NCBI RefSeq assembly: GCF_000281045.1
Contig: NW_008246104.1
Span: 160,557 to 224,556 of the forward strand
Reading direction: 5' to 3'
Source: Saprolegnia diclina VS20
Taxonomy: Eukaryota
DNA length: 64,000 bases
Position 1 is the stretch's first letter. Each line of letters begins with the position of its first letter. Below, piece by piece: positions 11,481 to 26,994 of this stretch. The notes under the pieces were generated by a model. The model saw nothing but the letters and a program-made list of their open reading frames with translations, was not told where the DNA came from and did not search any database. The translations under genes and the position numbers were made by a program.

Positions 11481-11954
11481 ATGGCACAAGTCGAACTCCG
11501 AACCGTCAAGCCGATCCGCGTCGCGCTGCTCCGTGCGAGCCTCGCGTCCTTTCGCGAGCAGGGCGACCTCTGGGGCGAGCTCTTGCAATTCATGACGAGC
11601 CAAGGCCTCGCGCCCCGCGGCCCGACCATCTCGCAGTACTACTCGATGGAGCCGATCGATATGGCGGTCTGCGCGCCTTTGGACCCGGCGGACCAAGTCA
11701 AGCCCCACGACCGCATCGTCGTCAAGGACCTCGAAGAGGCGCTCATGGCCGTGTACACACACCGCGGTGGCATGGGCGATATCCCGTCCGCGTACGAAGC
11801 GCTCTTCCCATGGGTCGAAGCCTCCGAGTACGAGCAAGCAGGTCCGAGCCGCGAGGTGTACATCAAGGTGCCCATGGGCGCAGACATTGAGAGCGGCGAT
11901 TGGGACAACGTCGTCGTCGAGGTGCACGTACCCGTGAAGCTCAAGACCACGTAG
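11481..11954 (+). CDS. GyrI-like small-molecule-binding domain protein (BmrR/AraC effector-binding type), intronless
   Basis: LWGELLQFM, PRGP, DMAVCAP, MAVYTHRG, IPSAYEALFPWVE..YEQAGPSREVY, VEVHVPV. Confidence 0.85.
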   Translation: MAQVELRTVKPIRVALLRASLASFREQGDLWGELLQFMTSQGLAPRGPTISQYYSMEPIDMAVCAPLDPADQVKPHDRIVVKDLEEALMAVYTHRGGMGDIPSAYEALFPWVEASEYEQAGPSREVYIKVPMGADIESGDWDNVVVEVHVPVKLKTT

Positions 11955-12305
11955 TGGCGCTCGTAGTCCAAACCAGTAGACTAGCTTTCCTTGTCGATAA
12001 GAAACTGCGGTGATGTTACTTCATTGCACAGGAGATAGTATTACCCTACCCCCTGAGGCCAGAGGAAATCTCTGCAATCCACAAGCGGTACGGTCCAGGT
12101 CGCTTCTCCTCGTGGCTCTCATAGCTTCTAAGCTTACTTGCCGTCCCTAAAATGCCACCGCCTGTCGTGAAGCGGTGGCACCTTTCATACCCGACGTTTG
12201 GTGTTGCCAGGTTGCACACCGCTTCCGACAGCTGGGTTTCTTATTCTCGGCATATTTCTTTTAATTCGGCATACGTATCTCTAGGAGGTGGCAGATCCTA
12301 AATAG

Positions 12306-15097
<2,792 letters not shown>

Positions 15098-15633
15098 TAA
15101 TTCTAGGAAAGCAACCTCGTATATTGACAAACGGTTCTCGAAACGAATTGTATCAAGTTGATATCCACGGCATTGAGGGCGACAGCTGGAGCTAATATGG
15201 CTTGTTGAAATTCCATCGGATCTGTGGGCGCCCTCGAATTTTGCTCGCTTGCCCACTGCATCTTCATGTGAGCCCACACATTGCGCCGCCTATCGTGGAC
15301 CAAAGTGATATTATGCTCTCACGATTCTGTATCTTGAAACCTTGTTGGCTCTTTGGACGAGACACGCATCCGCCTGCTTTGCTTGCATACGGCCAAGACA
15401 TCTCTGTGCGTACATACCCCGCAGCATGTCCCCGTCTCTTCAGCGAGGATGCTTCCGACCTGGGTCCAGACAGTGGGCCCGGTTGGAGCTCTGCAGCGAG
15501 GTCAGCGGGCGTTGTATTGCTCATGGCTTCTCTGTGGTATATGTATACTGCATGTATATTCAAGTTTACGCTGTATACGGTTGGCGCTTGCAAAAGCCCA
15601 TTTTGTGACTCGTCATCGCGCGGACTTTAAAAA

Positions 15634-18020
15634 TCACACAGATTTCACGGCCGTGTCGTCGCCCGAGAGCATTTTGGGCCGAGGCGCCTCTCGGAGCTTC
15701 AAGTAGTCGACCGAGTGGGACAAAAACTCAGCGATGTTGGCGCCAAAACCTACAGCAGATACACAATTATACAAAAGAAATACCAATCGAAAAAGAACCT
15801 TGATCGAACGGGTTGGTTCTTTTGTTGCTGCCAACAGCCTTGAGGTACGGGTACCGCTTCCAGTTGATCGACTCGTTGACTGTCACATTTCGAGCCTAAG
15901 GGGACTCGTGAGCGCCAGAGATGGCTCATTGGTGATCGTCGCACAATGCCAGCGAGCTGCGTGCGGAGGAGGTTGGCGAGACCCAAGCAGCAGAGCGTCG
16001 CCCATACGACAAGCACAACCTCGGGGAGCGACGAATGCAAAAGTGTCTCGAGAAACGCATCGTCCTTGCGCAAATCTACGGAAAACAGTTGGAAAAAGCA
16101 GATGAAAACCCGACAATGGGACGTACAGAGCACGAACAGCACCAAGTAGAGTGCGATCGTGACGAGTTGCGTCGTCAAAAAGAGCACAAACACGCGGTGA
16201 TTGGTAAAGCCAATGCACTTGTTGACCCAGACGCAGTGGTGGTCCATGCGCCCGACGCAAATGCCACAGAGCGCACAGTGTTTGGACCGAATCGGCTTGG
16301 CGACCTGCGCTCCTGCATCACAATCGAGTTTTCTGCAGTCAAAATGTAGTACCATGCACGTGGTACAGTGCTCCGTCGCCACGGGCGCGACGCCTGATGC
16401 TGCTTGGGACAGCATCTTGGGGAGGTCTTCGTGCGACGTGTTGACGTGACCAGCATCGCTGACGACGAGCACGAGCCACACGACGAGACAGGTTGCTTCC
16501 ACAGCGCCCAAGACAAACACCAGCGGCAGCATGGGTGTCCACCAGTCGAATTCTACCGACAATAGCGCGTCAAAGAGGCATACCAGAGCAACAACACAAG
16601 TCGTACGGGACGCCGTCGAACTAAAGTAATCGCGGTACATAACATACGCGAGGCAGCCCGTAAAGGCCAGCATCCACCCAAACCAGAGTCCGATCGCGAG
16701 TTCGGGCTGGGCAGCCACGACGCTCCACACCTTTCGGACACGGGCACCGCACGTGACCTGCGCGGTCGCCGCCTCATCGTCGAGGACGTGGCGATCTTGC
16801 TCTGTAAACTGAATGCCTAGGATCACAGTAAATAAGCACTAGTGGTTGGAGCAAAGGGCCTACCGCTGACAGAGCCATGGCGCTGGCCCGAGTGGAGCGG
16901 CACGCTCGGCGCAATCGACGACAATTTCTTGTGGCCATGGCTATGGCCCTTGGAGTGTTTGTGGTTGGACATGGCGAGCGTCTTCATCGAGAGGTAGATC
17001 GCGAGCAGCAGCAGCGGGAAGAACGCGTACCACGGCACGACCAAACTCAGCATCAAGCAGCCGCACCAGAGAACGGCGTAGATGAGGAGTACCCAAAACC
17101 GCGTCGTCCGCGGGGTCGCAAAGGCCTAGAAGCGCAAACATGCATGAGAGCCTGTCGCAGCAGATTGAAAATACCGCACCTTGTGCGCTGGCAGCGTCGG
17201 CGTCAAGATCATGTTGACAATCGTATTCCGATGGAGGTTGTTGGCGGTTGAGATGGCCGTGAGCCCGCGCTCGTCGCTCGTGTCGCTCTTGGCGCCGTAC
17301 GCGAGGAGGAGCTGAATCAGCGGTTTGTTGCTGTCCAAGATCGCATGGTGCAAGGCGGTCCGGCCCTACGCGCCAGAGGAGTTAGGGACGGTAGAAAGAC
17401 CTTGGCTACCTCGTAGTCGGGCACGTTCGGGTCGTAGCCGCGGTCAAGGATGTACTGCAGCACCGTGGCATTGCCGCCGTCGATCGCCCAGTGCAAAATA
17501 TCGCGCTGCATCAAGCACTGGCCGCCGAGAACGTGGTCGATGTCGCAGGGCTGGGCCTCCAATAAATAGTGCAGCGTCCACAAATGGCCTTGGTGCGCCG
17601 CATGGTGCGCTGGCGTGTTGCCGTTTACGTCTTGCGCGAGGATATTGCAGCCAAAACTCACGAGCGCCTTGGCGGCCGCGACTTGCCCGGCGTGGGCCGC
17701 TCGGCTATTGCAGTAGGATGGGTGTCTACGTCAAAGTAGCTCGCAACGTACATGAGCGGTGTCTCGCCCGCGCTGTTGGGTGCGTCCATGATGTCGGTCA
17801 CGTGCGGGCGCAGCGCCGACGCTTGCTGCGCAAAGAAGTGCAGAATCTCAATGTTGCCGCCCGCGGCCGCAAAGTGCACGGCCGAGTTCATGCTGGCGTC
17901 GGGCGTGAACGGGCTCACTTGCTGCGCGGCCGCCATGCCCCAGAGCAGCACGACGAGCGGGAAGTCCCCGCTCAGCGCGGCCGCGTAGATGTTCTGGCCT
18001 TGGTAGATGATCCCGTCCAT
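15634..18020 (-). CDS. Ankyrin-repeat DHHC palmitoyltransferase (Akr1/ZDHHC17/TIP1-like)
   Basis: N-terminal ankyrin repeats ([22 protein letters not shown]), TM helices, [38 protein letters not shown]. Confidence 0.92.
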
Positions 18021-18759
18021 CGTGGCGCTGCTCTTGTCGCCGGCACGGAATCGGCCTTCGAAAAACAATAACAAGTCGACGTCCGCCTGTCCGGATACTT
18101 CTCTCTTGACGCTAGTATGGCATACAATCCCTGGTAGGAACACTGGATAGATCGTCCGGATGATGCGGGAAGTAGGCCAGTCACAATCGGACGACTGCGT
18201 ATGACAGAGGTTCTCGTTGCCAGGACGAAGGACTCGCAAGACTACAACTTAAAAGAGCCTTGGCTCAATGGATTGATTTGGGCTCAGAAGGCCTCGGCTG
18301 GGACAATGGCAAGGGGCGATCGCGGACGGCTGCAAAAAGCGGCAAAGGGCAAAGACAGCGTAGGACCCAAATGCAAATTCATCGCTGAACCCAAACACTC
18401 GACGATTCGGCTGTTTTAGTAGGCAGCTATAGCTATCAGCTGAACGTGTCGTGTCCACCGCCGTGTTGCGGTTGGCCACCGCTCTACCTATTTTCTCCCT
18501 TAGCAAGGTTTGCAACACTGGTTTATGAAAGATTTGCAATAATTGTAAGATATAGGATGACGAACATGAGCACGCTGGATCTCCTGTCCGCGCTCCCTCC
18601 TTGGTCTACAAAAGGAAGGGCGCGTAGGGCCCCCCACCTTGCGCCGTTCGGCTGGTTCATAAAAAAGAGTTGAGGAATTTGGGTACCCCTACTTTGCCAT
18701 AGAAACTTCATCTGAGGGCACCCAAGTGGCGCGCTTCTCACTTTTCCTTTTTGTCGACG

Positions 18760-20163
18760 ATGTTCAAGAAGCAGGCGTCCAAGTACCTTAAGAGTCAAAG
18801 CGACGACTCGCACGACGCCTCGACGCACAAGGCGGGAAGCCGCATCGAGGTGCACCACGGCCGGCGCAACCTCCACACGCAACAGCTCGAGGCCCGCGTC
18901 CGCCACCTCGAGAAGCTCATCATGAGCCAGGGCAAGAAGGACGCCGCGGACGTCGAAGCCGGGTACGGCTCGGTGGGCCTCGCCGTGCAGGAGAACCCCG
19001 GTATCGTTGCCGAGACGCTGCCGCTCATTAGCAGCCCGTCGCGGCGTCTGGGCGAGAAGCCCAGCATGGCACACGCTTACTGGCACCTCCTCACGTCGAG
19101 CTATGTGAACGCGCTTCTCTTCCTAATGCCGTTTGCGATCTGGTCGTACGTGGCTGAATGGGGCGACATCCCGGTCTTCGTCCTCAACTTTCTCACGATG
19201 ATGCCGCTGGCCAACATCCTCGGCGAGTCCACAGAGGCGCTCGCGTACCACGCTGGCGACACGATCGGCGGCCTCGTCAACGCGACGTTTGGCAACGCGG
19301 TCGAGGTCATCATTGCGATCTTCGCGCTCAAGAGCGGCGAAGTTGGCCTCGTCCAGTCGTCGCTCATTGGCTCGATGCTCTCCAACATGCTCCTCGTGCT
19401 CGGCTCGTGCTTCATGGCCGGGCACTTTGGCGGCGCGAAGGAGTCGAGCTTCAACGGCCAAGGCGCGTCGATCAACATGTCGCTGCTCTTCGTCTCGAGC
19501 TTCACGATGCTTGTGCCGTCGTACTACCAGTACACGAAAGGCGTCGACGCGACCGACGACGCGCGCGAGGTCTCGATCCTTGGTCTCTCGCACATCTCGG
19601 CGATCTTCCTCATCCTCATGTACGTGCTGCTCATGGTCTACCAGCTCGTGACGCACCGCGCCGAAGAAGAAGACAACAGCGAAGAGGAGGAGCCCGAGCT
19701 CTCGATGACTGCGTCGATCATCTCGCTGCTCGTGGCGACGCTCGCGGTCTCGATCTTCTCGGAATTTCTTGTCTCGTCCGTCGACGGGTTCACCGAGACG
19801 GCCAACATCCCCAAGTCGTTTGTCGGTATCATTCTCCTCCCGATTGTCGGCAACGCTGTCGAGCACGTGACGGCGGTCAAGGTCGCGCTCAAGAACAACA
19901 TGGAGCTGGCCATGAGCGTTGCGATCGGGTCGGCGACGCAGATCTCGCTCTTCGTCGTGCCGGTGTGCGTCGTCGCCGGCTGGATCATGGGCTCGCCCAT
20001 GTCGCTTGCCTTCAACGCGTTCGAAGCCATCACGTACGTCATTGGCACGATCATCGTGTACGTCATCGTCGCCGACGGCAAGTCCAACTGGCTCGAAGGC
20101 GCGATGCTCATCATTCTCTACTGCTTGATCGGCGTCGCACTTCTCGAAATCGACATCAACTAA
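18760..20163 (+). CDS. Ca2+/H+ exchanger (CAX/VCX1 family), intronless
   Basis: Alpha-repeats NATFGNAVE and PIVGNAVEH, central acidic loop EEEDNSEEEE, GKSNWLEG, multiple TM helices. Confidence 0.95.
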   Translation: MFKKQASKYLKSQSDDSHDASTHKAGSRIEVHHGRRNLHTQQLEARVRHLEKLIMSQGKKDAADVEAGYGSVGLAVQENPGIVAETLPLISSPSRRLGEKPSMAHAYWHLLTSSYVNALLFLMPFAIWSYVAEWGDIPVFVLNFLTMMPLANILGESTEALAYHAGDTIGGLVNATFGNAVEVIIAIFALKSGEVGLVQSSLIGSMLSNMLLVLGSCFMAGHFGGAKESSFNGQGASINMSLLFVSSFTMLVPSYYQYTKGVDATDDAREVSILGLSHISAIFLILMYVLLMVYQLVTHRAEEEDNSEEEEPELSMTASIISLLVATLAVSIFSEFLVSSVDGFTETANIPKSFVGIILLPIVGNAVEHVTAVKVALKNNMELAMSVAIGSATQISLFVVPVCVVAGWIMGSPMSLAFNAFEAITYVIGTIIVYVIVADGKSNWLEGAMLIILYCLIGVALLEIDIN

Positions 20164-20467
20164 ACTCAACCTCAATTTGGTTTCAACTCTCTGGATGGTT
20201 GACCTAGTATCTGCCAGATGGCTCGACGGCGTTTTGTATCAACTTGATACTATTGGTTGCTGAAAAATTTCTCCAGGATAGACAGGCGAAAACGAGCTAC
20301 GTGGCCACCATATAAGGTCTGCGATAGTGGTGTGATAAGGATCTCGGTGGAATGTTCCACCACTCCTGTACTTCGTAGAATGCATTTGATTTCAAATTCA
20401 ACTGAATAGAATGGGGCTAGACTACCGACGAGCGGTACGAGTACTACACCGCACCTAAGTAAGTACC

Positions 20468-21150
20468 TTACGCCACCTTTTCCTGAAGCTCCGGCGTCTT
20501 CGCCTCCTTTGCTGGCGTCCCATCCTCGAGCTCCTTGGACGCCGATCCGAATTCTGTCGACGCCCAGAGCTTCTCAAATTCATCGGCCGATCCTAATAAG
20601 ATCATATCCCATTTCTCTCCGAGCCGTTCGTACCCGAGTCGCAGACCGTCTCGTAGCGACCCTTGTCCTTGTGGTCGGCGCGGTTCCACTTGGTGAGCAC
20701 GCGCTTGTCGCCAATCTCGCGGGTGTGGGTGGCCTTGAGGCGGCCGCTCGAGTCCTCGTAGCGGCGGCGAATGCTCGCGAGGCGCTTGCCCTAGGCGCTT
20801 CGTCATCGAACGTACTCGCGATGAAATATACGTACATCCTTGTCCACGATGACGGCGCTGCTGTACGAGTAGTTGGCAAACGGCTGCGCGTCACCGCTAA
20901 TCGCGTCGCTGGCGTCCTTGGTCAAATCCTCAAAGAATTCGTTTTCTTCGCTCGCCGACGGAGTCGCGCCCGGCACGTGCGGTGCCGCGTACATGATCTT
21001 GTCGCGGCCAAAACCCTTGAGCTCGTGGAGCGAGTGCTCGAGGGACACGAGCGGGTGCCACGACGACGGGCGCAGCACCTCCCACAACTTGGCGTTGAAC
21101 GGGTCGCTCAACAGCGAGAGCGAGCGGCGAACAAGCGGCGAGCGCAACAT
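20468..21150 (-). CDS. Hypothetical protein, 3 exons, weak resemblance to myeloid leukemia factor-like domain
   Basis: Spliced product YSYSSAVIVDKD|GKRLASIRRRYEDSSGRLKATHTREIGDK...|SADEFEKLW; coding-like codon bias. Confidence 0.6.
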
Positions 21151-21923
21151 CCTTCTTCACTTGGCAATGCGACGGCAAACGGCAAAATGACGAGCGAGAG
21201 AGGCGCGAGCGTAAGTTCGCTTCTAGAACCCAGATCGCACAGTTGCCAATTCTGTTTCGTTTGGCTGAAAACACGCCATGTTGAAGTTGTATCGGATCCG
21301 GCGCCCAACGCCATGATCCAGTTGGTACTGGAAATGTTGCATCGCTACGCAACTGGCAAGGTCTCAACCGAGTTACAAAGACCAAATGACATCGTTGACG
21401 TCCAAGCAAAAACAACAGTGTGAACGCTGCCAATACATGGTTCCCTCTAGCGTTGACCTTCTGAACAAGAGTTGGGCTCCTCACCTAGTAATGCCCTCGG
21501 TGGTGCTCGGAATAGCAGCGTCTACGCTGGCTTCAACGGCGCTTTTGATGCTGGCAACGGTGAATTCCCAAGCCTTGGCAAGACGCAAACTCACTTGGGC
21601 CCAAGGGCATGTAAAGTCGTCTTGCCACTATTTTACAGTGCAAAGGAGCGTTGATGACGCTACTTAGGCGCGGCAAGGTGCGCCTATAGCATGGAACACT
21701 CGGTGTGCGTCTGTTCCTCGAGTAATTTGCTCGCGACGACTTTGCACCATCAGCATCGATCATCGATCGTCGATATTTGGCGGGATTATACCATCCGGAT
21801 AATCGCACCAATCACTTGAAGCGTCCGGATTGTGAGCGTGATTGGCCGGCAAACTCGAAGCATCATCTTGCAGGTAGACACGCTGGCGGACGAGACGCAA
21901 TGGGCTCAATGGCGGCGTAGGTC

Positions 21924-24243
21924 ATGCTGCGTCTCTCGCTTCTTCGCTCGCTCTCGACCAAGGCGCCCAAGGTGCAGCACAGCGCCAAGCTTGCGGGACC
22001 CGGCCTCGCCGACTTTATCCGTGAGAGCCAAGGCCCCGTCGACGATGCGCGCATCCAGGAGGCGAGCACGGTGAACGTGCCATCCAAGGTGCGCGAGCTC
22101 TCGGAGCTCAGTGCGCCCAAGTCGTTCCACATCGAGACGTACGGCTGCCAAATGAACTCGTCCGACTCGGAGATCGTCCGCGCGATCCTGCTCAAGCACG
22201 GGTATGACTTCCAATCCGTGACAGATGCAGCGGAGGACTCATGTAGTATCGTTTGACAAGGTACGTCGACAAGCCGTCGAGTGAAGACGCCGACATTGTG
22301 CTCCTCAACACGTGCGCGATCCGCGAGAACGCCGAAGCCAAGATCTGGCGCCGCCTCGACGTCATGAAGCAGAACAAGGTCAAGGTCCAGCGCTACTGGA
22401 AGCGCATGCAAAAGAACAAACCGCTCGAGATACCGCCGACCAACACGACGATCCAAACCGTCGGTGTGCTCGGCTGCATGGCCGAGCGCCTCAAGACCAA
22501 GCTCCTCGAGTCGGACAAGATGGTCGACCTCGTCGTCGGCCCGGACGCGTACCGGGACTTGCCCAACCTCTTGGACGTGCTCACGAATGGCAGCCAAGAC
22601 ACGGCCGTCAACGTGCAGGTGGAATACTCGTTTTTGGTAGCAACAAAAATCGACAATCGGATGTAGCTGTCGCTCGACGAGACGTACGCCGACATTGCGC
22701 CCGTGCGGTCCGACGTCGACAACCCCGCAGCGTTTGTCTCGATCATGCGCGGCTGCAACAACATGTGCTCGTACTGCATCGTGCCCTTTACGCGCGGCCG
22801 TGAACGGTATCCCTTGGCACCTTGCGTCCCGCATCGTATTCTTATTGGTGTCTAGCTCGCGGGACCTGGCGTCGATTGTCGGCAACGTCCAGCAGCTCCG
22901 TGACGAAGGCGTGCGCGAGATCGTCCTCCTCGGCCAGAACGTCAACTCGTGGCACGACCGACAGACCGAAGGTCGATCGACTAGCCCATCGACCTACGTA
23001 TCTCACATGTCAACGTCGCAGGTGCGACCGAAGAAGGCCGTGCGTATGTGTCGGCGACCGGGTTTCAAAACATGTTCAAGGCCCGTGACGCCAAGGGCTT
23101 TCGGTTCGCGGATCTTCTCGACCGCGTCTCGGCCGTCGACCCCGAGATTCGCATCCGCTTCACGTCGCCGCACCCCAAGGACTTTCCGGATGACGTGCTC
23201 CACCTCGTGAACGAACGCGCCAACATTTGCAAGTCGATTCACATGCCCGTGCAGCACGGCAACACCGAGGTAGCTCCGCCTTGTCTCTTGGTGCATTTCA
23301 ATCTTTGATGGGTAGGTGCTGGCACGCATGCGCCGCGGGTACTCGCGCGAGGCGTACTTGGCCCTTGTCGACAACATGCGGTAGAGACATCTCGACCTTG
23401 TTGATGCTGAGAATGTCATGTGCGTAGCAACTTGATTCCGGGGGTCGCGCTCTCGTCGGACTTTATCGCTGGCTTTTGCGACGAAACCGAGGCCGAACAC
23501 GAGGACACGGTACGTTGTTTCTACGAGAAGAAGCATGGGAACCCACGCGGTGTAGCTCTCGATCATGCGCCACGTGTGCTTTGACCACGCCTTTATGTTT
23601 GCCTACTCGATGCGCGCCAAGACGCACGCGTCGCACCGCATGGAAGACAACGTCGTATGTCAAATTAAGCATGACAGAAGAAGGGTGTGGTGCCATTCGG
23701 ATGACTCCGTGTAGGAGGAAGCGACCAAGCTCCGCCGCCTCGCCGAAGTCATCGACACGTACAACACAGTCGTGACGCAGAAAAACCTCGTTGAGGACCA
23801 AGATCGCCTCCACATTGTGCTGGTTCAAGGCGCCAGCCGCCGCTCGGAGCTCAACCTCACGGGCCTGACCGACACCAACAAGCGCTGCGTGTTTCCTGGT
23901 GCGATGAAAAGTTGTTGTATCAATGTTTCAAAATCGGATATTTAGATTTGCCGGTCGCGCCGGAAGCCGCGTCGGCCATGGTCCATGACGCCGGCCTCGT
24001 CGACTTTGCGCCCATGACGGCCGGGCCGTCGGTGCGGCTCCAGAAGGGCGACTACGTCCTTGTCCGCGTCCACGAAGCCGGTCGCCACACGCTGCATGCG
24101 ACGCCGATCGCACGCACGACGCTCCAAGAGATGCATCGCCTAGCGCCCCTCGGGCTCCTTGGGTACGATTTTTTTCAAAATCCGTGTCCTTCAACGTTGT
24201 GCGTAGGGCGCGTGCGCACGACCTCTCGAAGCTCATGCTATAA
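21924..24243 (+). CDS. CDK5RAP1: Mitochondrial tRNA methylthiotransferase (CDK5RAP1/MiaB)
   Basis: [23 protein letters not shown], radical-SAM motif [25 protein letters not shown]-terminal TRAM region; presequence [10 protein letters not shown]. Confidence 0.94.
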
Positions 24244-24292
24244 GCCCGCCGATACAAACGTGTCCATAGAATCTACTAGTTTGTTTCCATTC

Positions 24293-25174
24293 TTACGCGT
24301 CTTCGTCCTCTTCGGGCAGCTTCTTGTCCTTGGCCGCCTGCGCCAGTTTGGCTTTGGCCGCGTCCGTCACCAGAGTGACTAGAACCAACTACATTGCAGT
24401 CCCAGTCGAAAGATCAATGGTACCGTAGTCGCGGTTGATTGCGCCATAACGGCTCGACGAGAGGTACTGAGCGTGCTTGGCATGCAAAAGCGCAACGTCG
24501 GCGTAGCCCAGCGTCTGACAGAGCTCCTTCTTGCGCGCTGCTGTGCGCTTCATAACGTCAAGGACACACAATTCACGCCAAAAGAATAGACAAAACGAGG
24601 AAGCGGAAAAGGATATTCTCGCTCGTACATGCCAAGGACGTTCTCCATCCACTCCATGCTTTCGGCCAAAAAGAGCGTCGACGGCGTCAGCGTCTACGTT
24701 GATCGTTGTTGACCCTACCCCATGTCGAGACATGCAAACGGCCACGTACGAGACCATCAAAGACGTCGGCGCATGTGCTCATGTGGCGCTGCATGTTCTC
24801 CACGTGGTCGAAAAAGTACTCACTACGACGGGATATCAGAGAGGACAGAGTATGGTCTGTCGTTGTACGTACACGGTTTGAGCGACCGCGAGCCGCGCCT
24901 TCTCGAGAGCTTCGTAGTGGCGCTGCGTTAAAAGCGTCTCAACGTTGTGCATGGCGGCCAAGACGCCGTACGTGCTGGTGTCGCTCACGAGCGGCAGGCG
25001 ACCGGCAATGTTGGCCAGCGACGACAGCGCCTGGAGGCCCTGGCGCTCGATGGCGTCGCAACCGTTGACCTAAGAATATCGTTCTTAGGCTTCTCTCATC
25101 TTGACCGCGCAACGTACCTCTTCCAGGAAGGCCTTCTGGAGCTTGACGACCGTCTTCTTTGCCTTCTCGGTCAT
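24293..25174 (-). CDS. Hypothetical helical protein, possibly C1orf109/At5g43822-like
   Basis: Spliced MTEKAKKTVVKLQKAFLEE|VNGCDAIERQGLQALSSLANIAGRLPLVSDTSTYGVL...; family resemblance is from memory only. Confidence 0.55.
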
Positions 25175-25273
25175 GGTGCAACAATCAACCCACGCTCATT
25201 GGCTAGCGCGTCGCGCCATGTGATTGGTGCAAATACGAAATGTTTTCATTGGCTTGCGCGAAAGGTCGCGATC

Positions 25274-25886
25274 ATGCGCGATGCGGTGTGCGCAGCAGCC
25301 CGCGCGGGCGACATGGAGCGGCTCGAACAGCTTGTCCACGACGGCAACAGCATCCACCACGTCCGCTGGGTACTTGACCACGGGCGTACAATGGAGGCAT
25401 GACATGAGACTGTAGTCGGGTGTTTCAGCCTTACACCGGGCGTGCGAAGGTGGGCATCTCGAGTCGATCAAGTTTCTAATTGCACAAGGCGCCGATGTCA
25501 ACGCGCGAGCTGCCTGGGTAAAGCACTTTATTCAAGTGTGTTGACAAGTGGGCACGCAGGGCTGGTATGCCCCGCTGCACATGGCTGCACGCTACGGCCA
25601 TGAGGCTGCCATCTTGCTGCTTCTGGATGCCGGCGCGAATTGGAGCCAGCCCGATAAGGTAGGTCTTTATGCCAGGCTACTTCTTGTAGCAATTGGGATC
25701 TAGTACCGCGCCACGCCGCACAAGTACGCGGTGCGGGCGGGTCACGCGACGATGGCCCATCGCATTGACGCGGTATTGCCTCATGTGTCCCGCGTCCATG
25801 GTCTCGAAGCAACTTGTAAGGTTGTCACGGCGCGCACGAAGACGAGCGCGAAAGCGAATGACAAGAAAGGACATACGAATACATAG
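25274..25886 (+). CDS. Small ankyrin-repeat protein
   Basis: SALHRACEGGH, GADVNA, APLHMAARYGH, TPHKYAVRAGH over 5 short exons. Confidence 0.85.
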
Positions 25887-25909
25887 AGACATTATTGTAC
25901 ACAACATGC

Positions 25910-26414
25910 TTAAAAATCAATCTTCTGGGCCATGGGGACGCGATCCGCCGTCGCGCCTACATGCCAGTCGCATATACCTTCAAACACAGCAGAACGAGAC
26001 GACGTACACTCGAGGAAGAGGGCTTCTTGGTCCGACGGGTCGACGACCTTGGCTTCCTCGAGGACCACGAGGTTCATTTCGGAGCGACGCTTCCGCACGT
26101 AGACGATCGTGAAGATAGCGGCGGCCACGAAGCCGACCACGGCGATGGCAATGAACGTGATGCTGACTGCGCTCGTGGGGTGGGAGCGAGCCGAGAGCTG
26201 GTTCACGTTTTGCGATAGGGCCGATCCGGCCGAGGAGCCGAGAGCATCAGCCGAGTCCTCCTGTGCGTTGGAGCCTGCGCCTACGAAAGTGTGAGAGGAG
26301 GAAATTGCACGTCGTCGTACTGGAGTTGCACCGCACAAACCCATTGTAGTGGGCAAGGAGCCACTGCAGATCCGGAGTGGGGACATCAATGCCAAAGAGG
26401 GAATCGTTCGACAT
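25910..26414 (-). CDS. Small single-pass membrane protein
   Basis: MSNDSLFGIDVPTPDLQW..., intron, TM helix ITFIAIAVVGFVAAAIFTIVYV followed by basic RKRR. Confidence 0.6.
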
Positions 26415-26994
26415 GCTACTTGCGATCGAAGGGGAAAAAAGAAAAGTGAATTACGGGGCTCCTGTGCACTGAGCCTTTGAAAATGGAGCTGGGGAATGGT
26501 CGAAGAAGAGACGTATTCCCCAGAAGATTGAAAATACGCAATGCTGATTGGCTACTTGTTTGCACATCGTTTGGTGGTCGTTCGGCTGGATTCGTGTTTG
26601 TATGACCAAAGGGATCGATGGACGCCTTGATGTAGAGACCGTAGTAGTAGAGACCTCGGCTGTTCTACGCTCCTGCCAACTTAACTCCAATCGAATACTC
26701 GTACTCGTCGAGCACTGCGTTTTCATATTGCGCTCTGGGTTGAACTAAAAAACCCTATATTGCTATATTTTAGAAGTTCCATATCAATTGATACAGGTTG
26801 GGTTGGTTCTTGGCCGAAACCGGCAAGAGCGCCAGTGACGTCCTCTCGACCATTGAACAGCGCTAGGCCCGGCGTGCGCGGTCCATCCACAAGGCGATAA
26901 GGTTTATAGGGTGTGGCTCCGTTCGAATTAACAATAAGTAAAGCCATACGCAACAAACTAGCATATAGATTCAGCAACTTTCATGCTTACGTTT

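Noticed and set aside
15103..15593. Possible small spliced gene on the minus strand between the helicase and DHHC genes
   Set aside because: Weak codon bias, no recognisable motif, ambiguous exon joins.
19123..20207. Long antisense and alternate-frame ORFs over CAX (similar ones over the FYVE-GAF and DUF2431 genes)
   Set aside because: Shadow ORFs caused by strong GC3 bias in the real gene.
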